Shown here piece after piece: positions 39,601 to 50,973 of a stretch of 64,000 bases of DNA. Location: positions 22,816,001 through 22,880,000 of the forward strand of contig OZ281495.1 in the NCBI GenBank assembly GCA_965637545.1, written 5' to 3'. Both the position numbers and the translations under genes were made by a program. Source of the stretch: Phallusia mammillata (lineage: Eukaryota). Positions within the stretch are counted from its first letter, which is position 1; every line of letters begins with the position of its first letter. The notes beneath the pieces are model-generated. The model was not told the origin of the DNA, made no database searches, and worked only from the letters and a program-made list of their open reading frames with translations.

Positions 39601-42600
39601 CTCTCGAAATGTTTACCCCAAGGGTCTCTTTCAGTGAAACTTTTTATCTAGAACAAAGTTTAACTGATTAAACAGAAGTTGTGTTGACACCTGCATGGAA
39701 AAACCCTTGAGAAAAATATTCTTTGTTTTCTCATCAGGTTTCCCCATGAGTGGAGGTTTCGTGTGCTGCTAAGTCACATGATTCAAATTCGGACTGTTAA
39801 CGTACCTTTGTCCCTGGTCATGGCCCGAAACGGATTTCTGTGTTACACCAACGATGTCACGTGCGCGTCAATCAACCGTGACCTTGTGCGCCAAAGCGGA
39901 ACGAGATGTTTGGAAAATCACCGAAAATCAATTACCTCACTTGCTTGTTCCTTACTAAGCAGCGGAAAACACCGCTTCGGGTCAAGTCACTTAAACAAGT
40001 ATGTAAATGAGCTGGATGATAACAAACAGGGACTAGATAGTGGAACGTTAAGAAACATACCAGACAACTATTCCATGACGTCGTGATACACTTAACATTC
40101 CAAATCCTAACTAGACCTGTAAAAGCATATAGAGCCAATAAATGATAAGCTGCAGACAGTGCACACTGTTTCGACCTATAAGGTCTCATCTTATAGGTCG
40201 AAACAGTGTGCACTGTCTGCAGCTTATCAGTTATTGGCTCTATATGCTTTTACATTGATACTGTGACACTGAGCCGACTTCACTGTGGTTCCCAAGCAGT
40301 TGCTTGGCCATTGTGAGCCAGTTTCATCTGTGCTGTATACCCAGTTGTGGCATCGCACAGACTAGGTGATGCATGGGGTTGCACCCTGTTGCTCACCACA
40401 AACTGGAGTGCCGTTGGATGGCTACACTAGCCAATACGGCCGATCTCGTCACCAGCTGCACTGATGAGACCTTATAGGTCGAAACAGTGTGCACTGTCTG
40501 CAGCCTAACTAGACCTCTCATAACAATAATAAGTGCCACTGCCAGCTAAAATCGGAAGGAATGTATTACAGTAAACCTCGGTTAATCTAGGCCCCCTTTT
40601 CGACCGAAAAAAATATCCGGATTTGGCGAGGATCCGAAATAATCGATGTGGATTAGTTCAAGTTTTACCACATTACAAATTATTTTAACCTTCGAGTTTT
40701 GTCCGAATTAGGCGAAGATTTGGTTTAACCTAGGTATACCGTATACTGTTCCTTGATCGTTGATTAGATTGTTATATTCTTAAAATTATATTACTAGGTC
40801 TGGCGACGATGCCTTGAAAAGTGCACAGAGGTTGGTACACTGCCACCCTTACTCAACTGAGTCCTGGTCCGTCCTCTCCGCTTCTTGTTACGCCAATTCC
40901 ATTTATTCAAAGTAAGTACTGTAGTATAATTTATACTGGTTATCTGAATATTTGCAATGTTTTTGTTTTTCGAAGGCTGAAGGAGCAACCAGATAAGTTG
41001 GATTCTATTTGTCGTCGCCTGTGTTCATTCGTTGAGCAAAATTCTAGTTCAGATGAGTTGATTCGTTGGTCAACTAAGCAAAAGTTCTTGTCACTTATCG
41101 CGGGAAGCCATTTCAACGAAGTCATCGATTTGGCTTCGGAGGTAGAATTTTGTTTCAACCCTTTGAGGGCGTTTTGGCTTAGTGCCGTTTTGCCGTTTTT
41201 TTTTTGTACATTAAGGGTTCAAAATGGGGTATTTTTCAGATAACTGACGACTTTGAGGAGACTGACGTTTATGTTACGCTGAGTGAATGTGCTTTGGAGT
41301 TTGAGAAAAATGGAAATATCAGCAAATCTCAAATCAACGAACTTAACAACATCGCAACATCGAAATCGTCGTCCCTACACTCCAAAATAGTAAAAAGCTA
41401 CTAACATGTTGTGCATGCACACCAATAATCGATATTATTTCCTCCAATAACAAGCTTTTTTAGCCCGTGTTGATTTAACTTTCACCAATCTATGGGTTTT
41501 TGCACTTAAAAAGCACACTTGAAAAAAATCTTATGGCGCTCTTGTATGCCACGGTACACAGTTTGAGGATACACTGCTTTATAATGTACTGTTTCCGGGT
41601 ATTTTTAATCTTTTGATCTTTATGTCTATTTTAATATTAAAACATAGTGTTGTTTTTTTCAGATCGCCTCACATGCACTTAAATGCGTGGGAATGTACAA
41701 AGCAGCCCATTCCGCTCTAGCTTCCACTTTGTCCAATAGCCCACCGAGCAGCGACCATCGTACCAGTTTAGCTCTTCGGTCATTTGTGGTCGCTTTTGAA
41801 GCATCACGAAACGCATCCCCGGATGAACTAAACGCCTGGATCTTGTTGTGTTCGGAAGCTGTTAATGCCGCTAAACGTGAAGAAAGTCAAGCTGCAACAA
41901 TTCTGGCTGAAGGCTTATGTCGGTATCTGGAGAAAAATCATAGGTAAATTTATACATTGATTTTAGATTTGTGCTTTTGGGTACGTTTGTTACAAAATTT
42001 GTGCCTTTGGTTACAAAGAGTTGGAGTTTCCGTATTCACCCTGTCGCCTATTACCGGCTTGGTGAATGATAGCCACAACAACAACACATTTGTTTTGTGC
42101 CTTGGTGCTGTCAGAGCATTCAAATTTAGGACGCGAGTGAGCAATCTTATGCCATGACTTCAACTTCACTAATCTCTCTAGACTTGTTAAACCTCTTCCA
42201 ATTGTATGAAAAATGAATTATGCAATGACTGGCGTTGCCGAAGCTCTGCCTAAACCAGCACTTGTCAGGGTGATACAGATCTCTAATCCTGTCCCATTCC
42301 ATGTAGAAAATGTCGAGTGATGTTAAACAGAGCTTTGGACAGCGGCCAGTGGTACAGTGGTGGTAAATTATGCATGGGCCGGAGTATTGCGGCCTGGTAC
42401 CTTTATCGGAACCTCCATGAACGGAACGACGCAATGGAGATGGAGGTAAACTGACATGTTCACTATTTAGACTTTTTGATTTTACTCGATGTATTTGTTT
42501 GTATTTTTTTTTCTTTTTGTTTGGTCCTTCCTTGCAGTTTTTCCATCTCTTTTGCCATGAAATGTTAAATGATTTCGGACAAAACTTTTACAGATGGCAG

Positions 42601-42675
42601 GTACGGTCATGTAGATGTTCTATTTCGTCTGACTTTATAACCCCACTATTTACCCCGCTAGCCCCGAAAAAGTAA
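30676..42675 (+). CDS. TTC37: SKI complex subunit SKI3 / tetratricopeptide repeat protein 37 (many exons; last exons only approximately resolved)
   Basis: N-terminus [138 protein letters not shown]; near the C-terminus SIAAWYLYRNL (42311-42446). These match human TTC37 as recalled. The stop position is uncertain. Confidence 0.88.
33331..34458. mobile_element. Non-autonomous hAT (Charlie/SPIN-like) element, 1128 bp, in a TTC37 intron
   Basis: TIRs CAGGGGTGGGCAAACT (33331) and AGTTTGCCCACCCCTG (ends 34458). Perfect 8-bp TSD GTCTAGAT at 33323-33330 and 34459-34466 (NTCTAGAN target typical of this hAT group). Subterminal GGGCCGCATGCGGCCC palindrome. No transposase ORF. Confidence 0.93.
40119..40504 (+). 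mobile_element. Retrozyme-like insertion (hammerhead-bearing non-autonomous retroelement) with 5' inversion
   Basis: Flanked by the direct repeat CTAACTAGACC(T) at about 40107-40118 and 40505-40516. It contains two GTC cleavage-site copies (40215-17, 40496-98) delimiting a 281-nt monomer, preceded by an inverted copy (40119-40189) of the ribozyme 3' part plus adjacent sequence. Confidence 0.85.
40455..40504 (+). ncRNA. Type I hammerhead ribozyme
   Basis: GCTGCA-CTGATGA-GACCT/TAT/AGGTC-GAAAC-AGTGTGCACT-GTC^TGCAGC. This gives an intact CUGAUGA and GAAAC core, 5-bp stem II with the G10.1-C11.1 pair, stem III ACAGT(G)/(C)ACTGT, a GUC cleavage triplet, and stem I GCTGCA/TGCAGC. Confidence 0.92.
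40569..40741. mobile_element. Tc1/mariner (pogo/Tigger-like) MITE, copy 1
   Basis: TA|CAGTAAACCTCGGTTAATC ... degenerate GTTTAACCTAGGTATACCG|TA. The interior aligns with the copy at 45231. Confidence 0.75.
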
Positions 42676-45062
42676 ATGTTTTATATACGTTAGGTATGCT
42701 GCTGCGCACCACAAACGGAAATTTTCTGTGGCGTAATAGTATGTTAAAGGCAACGGAGTACAGGTTTTTTGTGTTAATGCTCACTTAGCAGCCTCGAGGC
42801 TAGAGTCACATGATTGACTGTGAGAATAGTCGCAATGTCTATGGTGTGCTTATTGTCTCGCAAAGCAACGTGTCCTTATCCATCGTGCACTGCTTAATCT
42901 TTGTACGACCACAAGGCTTTCGTACATACTCTTTTCAAAATTGTTCTTTTTTGTAGCAGTGTAACTATAGGTATGTTCCACATGAAATAAACAGTCAGTA
43001 ACCCATACACTTCATGAGCTTATGTACAAAGAAATGGGAGGTAGGGGACGTGATAACAGCCTTACAAAAGCGTAGTCAAATGTTAATGTTAAACAATGAC
43101 GGATTGTGACCAATTTTAAAGGACTGTTGAATCGGTCATTGTGTTTTGCTATGTTGTTAGTTTTGGTGTAGAACCCCATCAGTTACCCCACTGGCCCCCT
43201 AAAATGGGTAATTTTTTAACAATGCCGCAAAGGATGACAGTTATAGAATTTGCCATTTATAGGTATCAATTGTTGTATTTTACCCTTTAGTCTCACTATT
43301 TACGTTTGTCATATAAAATGGGACAAACTTCAAACAACATCTGAATGGAATGCGATTTGAATAGTTTGTACTGTACAAAGCATGACTATTTCAGCACCTT
43401 ACCAATCTCTATGTTTAACCTTGCAACACCAAATTTGCTCATGGTTATCTTTTTGATATTCATTATTTACAACTTTGCATATATGGGTAGCAATGAGTTT
43501 CTGCCTGCAAAAACAAACTGAGGTTATAAAAAGCAGTGGCTAATAAACAGATTCAAAATAGTGTATGTGCAATGGCAAAATGTGCTAACCCACCCTTCTA
43601 TAGAAGGTTTCAAATGGCACTTTAATACATTAGTTTAGATCATTTTAGTGACGCGTTGACCCTGAAGTGATTATAATATTATGAAACGCGGAATATGCGT
43701 GGTACAAAAAAGTGTTTTATCGTCTGATTTCTTTCTTTCGATTCGTAAGGTCGGTTTGGAGTTTTGCACGATAATCGATATAGTCCCTGTATTCAATAGT
43801 TTTCAGATTAATTATTGAAAACAATGTTTAGATAGGATTTGTGACTTATAACAAACAAATAGTCGTAGACCTACTTGCTGTAGTTGTATTCACTCAACGA
43901 CATTTTTTGTCCTCGCAGTGTTCGCAAACCCACGCATTCCAGATAGCGAGCACTGTCGGGTTATGCGGACGCCTGGCATCCTCGCGCATACACAGTATGT
44001 AAGTTAACATGAGCATAACCTGTGTTTATGGCTAAGCGTAAATATTTCACGTTACCATTCATCTGTGCGACCAGCCGCTTTGTTTGCGTTACACATGAAC
44101 GCCGTATAAGGCCCAGCTGCGAAAATGTCAGTCGGACAAAAAAGATAGCTGATCATTGTTCCCCAAAACGAACAAGTAACAAGCGTTTATCATTGCAGAA
44201 ACTCTTGGGGAAATGTGTTGATGATCCACTGCTGCGCCGTATACGAAAGCTGCTACAGTGAAGTAGAAGTTAGTGGTGCGACACAGGCTTCCGTATTTCG
44301 TGTAGTTTCGTATCCAATAAAAATCACCATATAAAAACACATTTAGATATGTATTCAATGGCTGATGTGAGTGGCTTGAGAAGCGAATCGCCTCTGTTTG
44401 CGCGTGTTTGCCGAGTCAGACCGAGATTTTAGGACCTTTCTTCTTGTGTTTGTTCCCGATTGATGAGCCGTGGCACGCCTTTTTTCCAAGCGTTGTTGCC
44501 CGACTAAGAAGCTGATGCAAAGCAACAGACCGATCAACCGAGCAAGGTTCAGGCAGTATCGATGTCTCTGAGGTTTCAATGAATTAAATTGAACGTTTAG
44601 TTTGTATACAAGCAACTTCGGTCAGGCCGTTTTCGATTAGTTCAATACAACGCCTTGTTTGACAAATTAGCATGGTCAGGATGCGAGTGCCAGTCACTGT
44701 CAGGCGTATGTTTTTCTAAAGGTCCGTAAAGCAGATTGCAGAATATTGCTTCGCGTCTTCAATCCCTATAGTAGCTTGGGACGCGTCCTGTGATTCCATA
44801 TTGCAATATGGCGTGGGTGTCTTGTACAGTTAGCGTTTCCGCCCTGCAAAGCTTCTTTCTATTTAAGTAGACACGTTAACCTAATGGGGATTAATGCATG
44901 TGTATTAAAGAAAGCTGTGAAGCCAAACGTAATTAGTGTTTCTCCTACTCAGAAAAGCTTTAACTATTCAATCGTTAGGGAAACTTTAGATAATACCCTA
45001 GTATGATTTACTTGGAGGTTGAGAACCACTGAAGCATATTTAGGTTGGATTTGATTCATGTC

Positions 45063-46954
45063 ATGGATCCGTTTATGCTCGGATCGTCGTCAAAAGTAAA
45101 AACAGTTAGCAAGCACGTTTTTCACAGCCACAGCTATCAGAAGCCGACTTTCTGCGCCAACTGCAACAAGCTCCTTGTCGGATTGGCCAAGCAGGGATAT
45201 CAGTGCAAAAGTAAGTAGGCCTATATAACTTGGTAAACCTCGGTTAATCCGACCCGTTTGGACGAACAAATTGTCCGGATTAACCGATGTCGATTGGTTC
45301 AAGCCTTGCCACATTACAAATCATTTGTTCCTCGAGTTTTGTCCAAATTAGATCCGGATTAACCGAGGTTTACTGTATTACCAAATTGTATCTCATCCAA
45401 GTCATCATTTAGAAATTGGAAGTGCTTACGATTGCCAATTGTTTTCACTTGTTTGCACGTCTGGCCTTTTTACCTTCTTGCTGATGTAACAGTTGACCGA
45501 ATTAGGCTATATTACACAGACACATGCTTATGACCAACGAAGCAGGAAATGTTTTTAAGATTCAGTTACTTTCTGAAATAACTCACTAGAATTAATTTTC
45601 AAATCGTTCTGCAGGATGTGAAATAAACGTCCACAAGAAATGTCGAAAAGAAGTAGAAGACACTTGCATTGAAGTGGTAAGTTTTGTTGAGCTTGATTTG
45701 TTTGCATACCTCCGCATACCTACTTTACATTTGAAGATTGTTGGACACCATAACTTCCTTGCGAAAACATACACACACCCCACATTTTGTGATTTTTGCA
45801 ACAAACTGCTGGCTGGTGTTTTTCACCAAGGACTGCAATGTTCAGGTGAGCGTAGGAACCTGTCCATAAACGTTGCTTCCAAAAAATATATTCGACTTTG
45901 ATGTAACGACCATAAGCGCTCACAACAGAAAATTGTGTGATTCTAAACAAGTTTTGATTCTACATACTAAAGATTTTTTATACGTCGGTTGTATTACCTT
46001 TGCTAGTACATATTTTTCTTGGCAAAAAATTGCGTTAAGTTTTCATAAAACTTTGTTATGCACCTAAAACCGCAGCAGAAATATGCCTTTATCTGCTGAA
46101 ATGAACGTCTTCCAGGCATGTCAAATTGCAATATTACAATATTACTAAAACGACTTACTGTGTGTACAGAATGCGGATCCAATGTCCACGAAAAATGTCA
46201 AGAGAAAATCGAGGTGCAGTGCGCAATGACAAAGGAGAGACTTGAAACGGAGAAATCAAAACAGTCGCCGGCACAGGAAAGCAAACCCGGGTAAAAAAAT
46301 ACTGCCTGTGCGTTTTTAAATTTACATAACATCCTGCACATTTGAAAGTTACATTTTAAAAGAATCCAACAGCTTTTTATGTATCAGATATTCCAACGAT
46401 GAATTTACGTTCGAGAAGATGTCCTCAAGTCCGAAACTCAAACCCAAAGCTCAAAAAGAAGCCCAACAAGAAACGAAATTTGAAACAAGTAACAGTCCAA
46501 TAATAATATGGATATACCCTTCCTACTAAAATTTTACTGTTTCGTTATCAGTGGATCCAAGCCCTGTATTTAAAAAGCAAGAGATTCCTAATCCATCGGC
46601 CGATCAGGGCCTGTCAACCTCAACTCAGTCAAGTCCTGTGTTAAAGCCTAAACATTCACCAAAGGCTACAAGATATCAGCCACCACCGTCATACACAATG
46701 GTAATCAGGGTCTTATTGTATTCAAATATTACTGTACCGTATATGTTATGTTTGAAAAAAATCTCTCTTGATATTAGGACAGTGAATTAACTGATGATGA
46801 AAGAGCAAGGATCATCGCGGAAGAGATTGATCCACCACAGAAGATGCGTTTTTTAGAGAAGCACAGAAAATATGTTATAGCTTTGAGTGTTGCCATTTTG
46901 CTTTTGGTGGTTGTCCTTGCCACTGTACTAGCAATCGTACTAAAGAAAAAATGA
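45063..46954 (+). CDS. Tail-anchored tandem C1-domain protein (C1-C1-linker-PPxY-TM), 288 aa
   Basis: Exons 45063-45210, 45615-45676, 45737-45845, 46170-46290, 46388-46488, 46552-46700, 46778-46954 are in frame. C1[51 protein letters not shown]; C1[51 protein letters not shown]; QPPPSY; C-terminal [29 protein letters not shown]. Confidence 0.85.
45231..45375. mobile_element. Tc1/mariner (pogo/Tigger-like) MITE, copy 2
   Basis: GGTAAACCTCGGTTAATCCG ... CGGATTAACCGAGGTTTACTG|TA. It shares CCACATTACAAAT and TCGAGTTTTGTCC.AATTAG with copy 1 and lies in intron 1 of the tandem-C1 gene. Confidence 0.8.
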
Positions 46955-48843
46955 TCGACACGAAAAATGTTTCAAAAGTTTCAAACCAAAAAGTACTTCA
47001 AACTTTTCTTACATGTTGTTTACAAACTGTAAAATGGACTTTGATGTTTTCCGGTAGTGTCGTGCCTTTCCTATTTTCACAACGCCTAAAAAAGATTTTG
47101 TGTGGGTCAGTGTAGCATATTTGGTTGGTTGTTGTCGTTTTGTTTCCTTGTTTTGTTACTTATGCCCATAGAGAGCTTGTTGTATTGTCCCTACGCATGT
47201 AAAGTGACTATTGTGCAGTTTTTACCATTGAAATAAATGACAAAAGCATCGCACTTTACTGCCTAAGGTTTATGTACAATGCTCGTTTAAGTTGAAGTGG
47301 GATGGTGCGACTTTCTACGTTTTGTGATGTTATCGTATTGCCTCACGTAATACCAGCATAAGCCAATCTGCCAATTACAACCAGGGGAGGCATAGGGACC
47401 AACAAAATGTGATGAACCGAGTTTACCAAATGAATTTATTTTCGTTTTCGACTGAAGCTCCTGTCTCATTGATTTGGGGTGCAGAAAGGTGATCGAAAAT
47501 GGAACTCACTATCCAGTATCCATCATTGCTTTTGCACACAAAACGCGTTATTTCATTTAGTACATGCTCAAGCAATCGATGTTGTCTGACAAGTTTGGCA
47601 ACGTACTACACATGTCTTTCAAAAGCAAGTTTATTTTATTAAACAATCTACTCTCTTCACAGTGATGAGCCTGGTGCTGGAAAGTTCACCAGCTAAGGAT
47701 TGACCCAGAGATGCAAAACGTGTATGGCAAGATAACAGCAAGCAATATGTACAGGCGCAAAACAAACTGTTTAATCCAAATACCTTCGAAATTATATTAC
47801 TACGAGACAAAACATAATAAACTATTATGTGGGACAAATTTACTCAAACTTATTTTATTGTCAATCTAAGTGATTATCAGGTATTTGGATTTAACAGAAA
47901 ACATTAATATCACTCGAAACTACTCATGCGGAACACATTAGGTAAAGTCATGGATGTGGCTCTCGGTTTGGCTACAACTACGTACAAAATTACCCTAATC
48001 AACGGTTTATGTACATGGAGATTATGCGAATATACACAGATAACCTACAGATCGTTAGGATGCATCTTTGTTTGTTGTAACTCGGTTATAGGATAATTTC
48101 ACAGCAAGCGTCTAAAAACTACTTGAGGATATTGAACTGAAGACTTTTAGGCTTTTAGTTTGGACGAAAAGTGATTCTAACTGCAGTAAACAAACGTCCC
48201 GATCTATGCTAACAAAACTAAAGCGCACACAACACACTATGTACAAAGCGGGCACGTCTAAGTTAAACTTTAACAATGTAATGCAATAGAATAGATCATT
48301 GTTTTTTAACAATGGATAGACCAACGTGATTTAATTCAACTTGCAGTAATTTAGATTCTTACTAGTTGCGAGTTATAGTTACACAATTTAGTTATATTTA
48401 AGGTAAATATTGTAACTAATTAATCACTACTTTTTTCTAAATGGCTTTTGATCCTTTCAAAATACATGCCCAACGAGCAATTGACAAAAAAACAGTGCTT
48501 AGTGACACTCGATCGGTTATGACAACTATCTACATTACAGCTACAAAGCGCGAATATGGCGATTATGTGGAACTCCGTAAGCGAAACAGGACGTTGTGTG
48601 CAAAGGTTTCAATCATGTCATGGATATAAAAAAGGCAAGCCACGCTTCTACATCACAGGCTAATGTATGTATAAACTACTTGTGTAATACTGTGTGGTAA
48701 ATGACAATAAAAGCAAATCACAAGCAAACAGAAATGTACAGAATAATCTCGTTAACGGTGGTGTATATATATGTAAAAATATTTCCTAAAGCAACGTATG
48801 TACAGCGTTCAAATTCAAACCCTTGTGTGCGCGAGGTGCCTCT

Positions 48844-50973
48844 TTACTTGGGGATAAGGTGTTGGATGCTCTGTTTCTTTTCCAACTTCTTCTCCATGTC
48901 CACCAACAAGCTCACACCGTCGATGACTTGTTGTACAAGTTCGACCTGTAAAGTTGGAGCGAAAAAGTCAAATTTTTGTCGTAATTGAACTTTGAGGGCA
49001 AAAACTGAACTTTTTTCTCACTTTGCCATGTCTTAGAGGCACTTTCTTGAACTTAAAGTTAGTAAAGTTATCATATATATAGACGCTTAAAATTCAAGCA
49101 AAGTGCCAGACTTGTGCTATGCTGCATGTTACTTAGTCCTTTTTGGCTAAAACTGACAAATAAATACCTCAGATTTTCCAAGTCGGTCCAAGTTGGAAAT
49201 ATCGAAAGTACCGCCAACGGCAGCAGTGTCCACTCCACCTGTTCCGCGTTTCTGCAGGCGAAGTTTCTCCAAGATATCGTTGAACCGTGGGTCCTGCAAA
49301 CGCAAAGTTTGCTTACTGACTGAAATTGTCAGGGAATGCTGTTACACGTTACCTGAGAGAGCTTAGGCAGCTTGACGTGCACGCCACAACGCAGACCGTT
49401 TCCGACATTTGACGGGCAAGTGAGAATATAACCGAGGTTGTCGCTTTTTTGGAACTCCCAACCTTTGGCTTGGATCAGTTTCTCGACTTCGTTGATTCCG
49501 CGGCAAAATCTCTCAAATACGGACTGCACAAAACAGAAGTTTTTAAGCTATACAACTTTTTTTATCAATACAAAAGTTTTTTCCCAAAATCATACAAGTG
49601 TCTCAAATCACTGTCCGCAGATTAGCTATATCAGTTTGAAGTATCAAGTAGGGCCTATGCTTATCCGAAGAGAATTTGTTTAAAAGAACCAATCACTTTG
49701 TATAATTACCTTCATATTTCCTCCCTGCTCCATAGAGATGATACGGCTATGATCCTCCTCATTGATCCACACGAGGAAGTTCTTCTTGTCGTTGTGAAAG
49801 ATTCCTCGGGCGTCGGGCCAGTCACGTGCCATTCCAGAGGACGTCAGAAGTGGAGACACTGGTTTGTCGAACAGGAAATGGTCCTAAAAACGTTGGGATA
49901 AAAAACGTTTTCTTAATGATCAAAACTGAAATACAACATCCAACTTTATCCAAGGCAAGCAAAAAAAAACAATTGAATTTTAATTGCTAGCAATATAATG
50001 GAACCTAAAGAAAAATACACGTACGTTGATGAGTTGTTCCTGTTCCGCGTCAGTCATGGTGGTAAGCGAGTAATATTTGCCGGCGAGTTCGGTAGGAAGG
50101 CCCTTCAATGCGTCAGTCACAACTCTCTCCACTTCGCGGCGCTCAGCACGGGAACACACTGGTGGATGGGGAATTCCCCGGATTGCGCGACCAGTTCTGA
50201 CGCGGGAAGACAGGACGTATCTAATAGGAAATACAATTTCTGTAATTAATGCGAGTTAACTACAGAAGACACACGAGGTAGGAGTTGTACTTCTCGTCAA
50301 GTTGGCCTCCTTTGATTTTCGACGCGTCCAAATCAATAGGGTGCGTTTGCGTCTCTGGGTCGTAGCCATTGTGTCTTTCCTTGATCACGGGATAAAAAAG
50401 CTCCTTGAAAACCTAAAAAAATCATTTCGTAACCACACGACAACATTATTGGGCTTGCGGTATGTGAATAAAGAATCACCCCCAAAATATATTGATTATT
50501 TAGCTCGTATGATTCAAGGGCTGCGTCAACATGTAGACAGTTCATATTTTAACTGGGCAATCTGGTAGACAGGCGTGAATAAGGTGACACACACGCCGTG
50601 GCGTTTTACACAAAAGAGCTTGATTATCTCAACATTTATCATTCATACCAGCGCTTCCTACTTTTAGGTCACAAACCGGGTTGGCTGATATTGCCAAAAT
50701 GAAACGGATGCTTGTGTACCTCCAGTAAGAATGTCTAATCGAAATCTACAAAGGGTCAGTTATTATTAAATCACCTCGTACGATTCTTCGTCACCAGCAA
50801 CTAGTCCGACAATCTTAATGAAAGGGTGACCCTGGTTGTCCACGCCAGTCTGGATGCACTGATCCAGGGTGATACCGTTTGGTGTAACAACGTCACGCAA
50901 TTTTGCGTACACTCCCGGTGTCAGATGGTTCTTCATGATGTTGTGGTGGTGCGTAAGATCCGGAAAGTCAGCA
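48844..50973 (-). CDS. CKMT: Creatine kinase, mitochondrial-type (N-terminal exon(s) upstream of 50973 not resolved)
   Basis: Exons encode [37 protein letters not shown]|[19 protein letters not shown]..|[11 protein letters not shown]..|[32 protein letters not shown]..|..GYILTCPSN..|[27 protein letters not shown]|[14 protein letters not shown]. The Arg in KERH and the GHPF loop indicate creatine specificity; DQCIQ and HNGYDP resemble mitochondrial CK. Confidence 0.9.

Noticed and set aside
40118-40254. Hairpin as a miRNA precursor or CRISPR-like repeat
   Set aside because: It is explained as an inverted duplication of the retrozyme end within a TSD-flanked insertion, and the host is eukaryotic.
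44190-44270. CCAVYESCY resembling the phospholipase A2 CCxxHDxCY motif
   Set aside because: Catalytic His-Asp and the upstream YGCxCG calcium loop are absent, and there is no consistent exon chain.
47680-47770. Minus-strand signal-peptide-like hydrophobic stretch (LRLYILLAVILPYTFCISG)
   Set aside because: No in-frame ATG (stop just upstream) and no convincing downstream exons.
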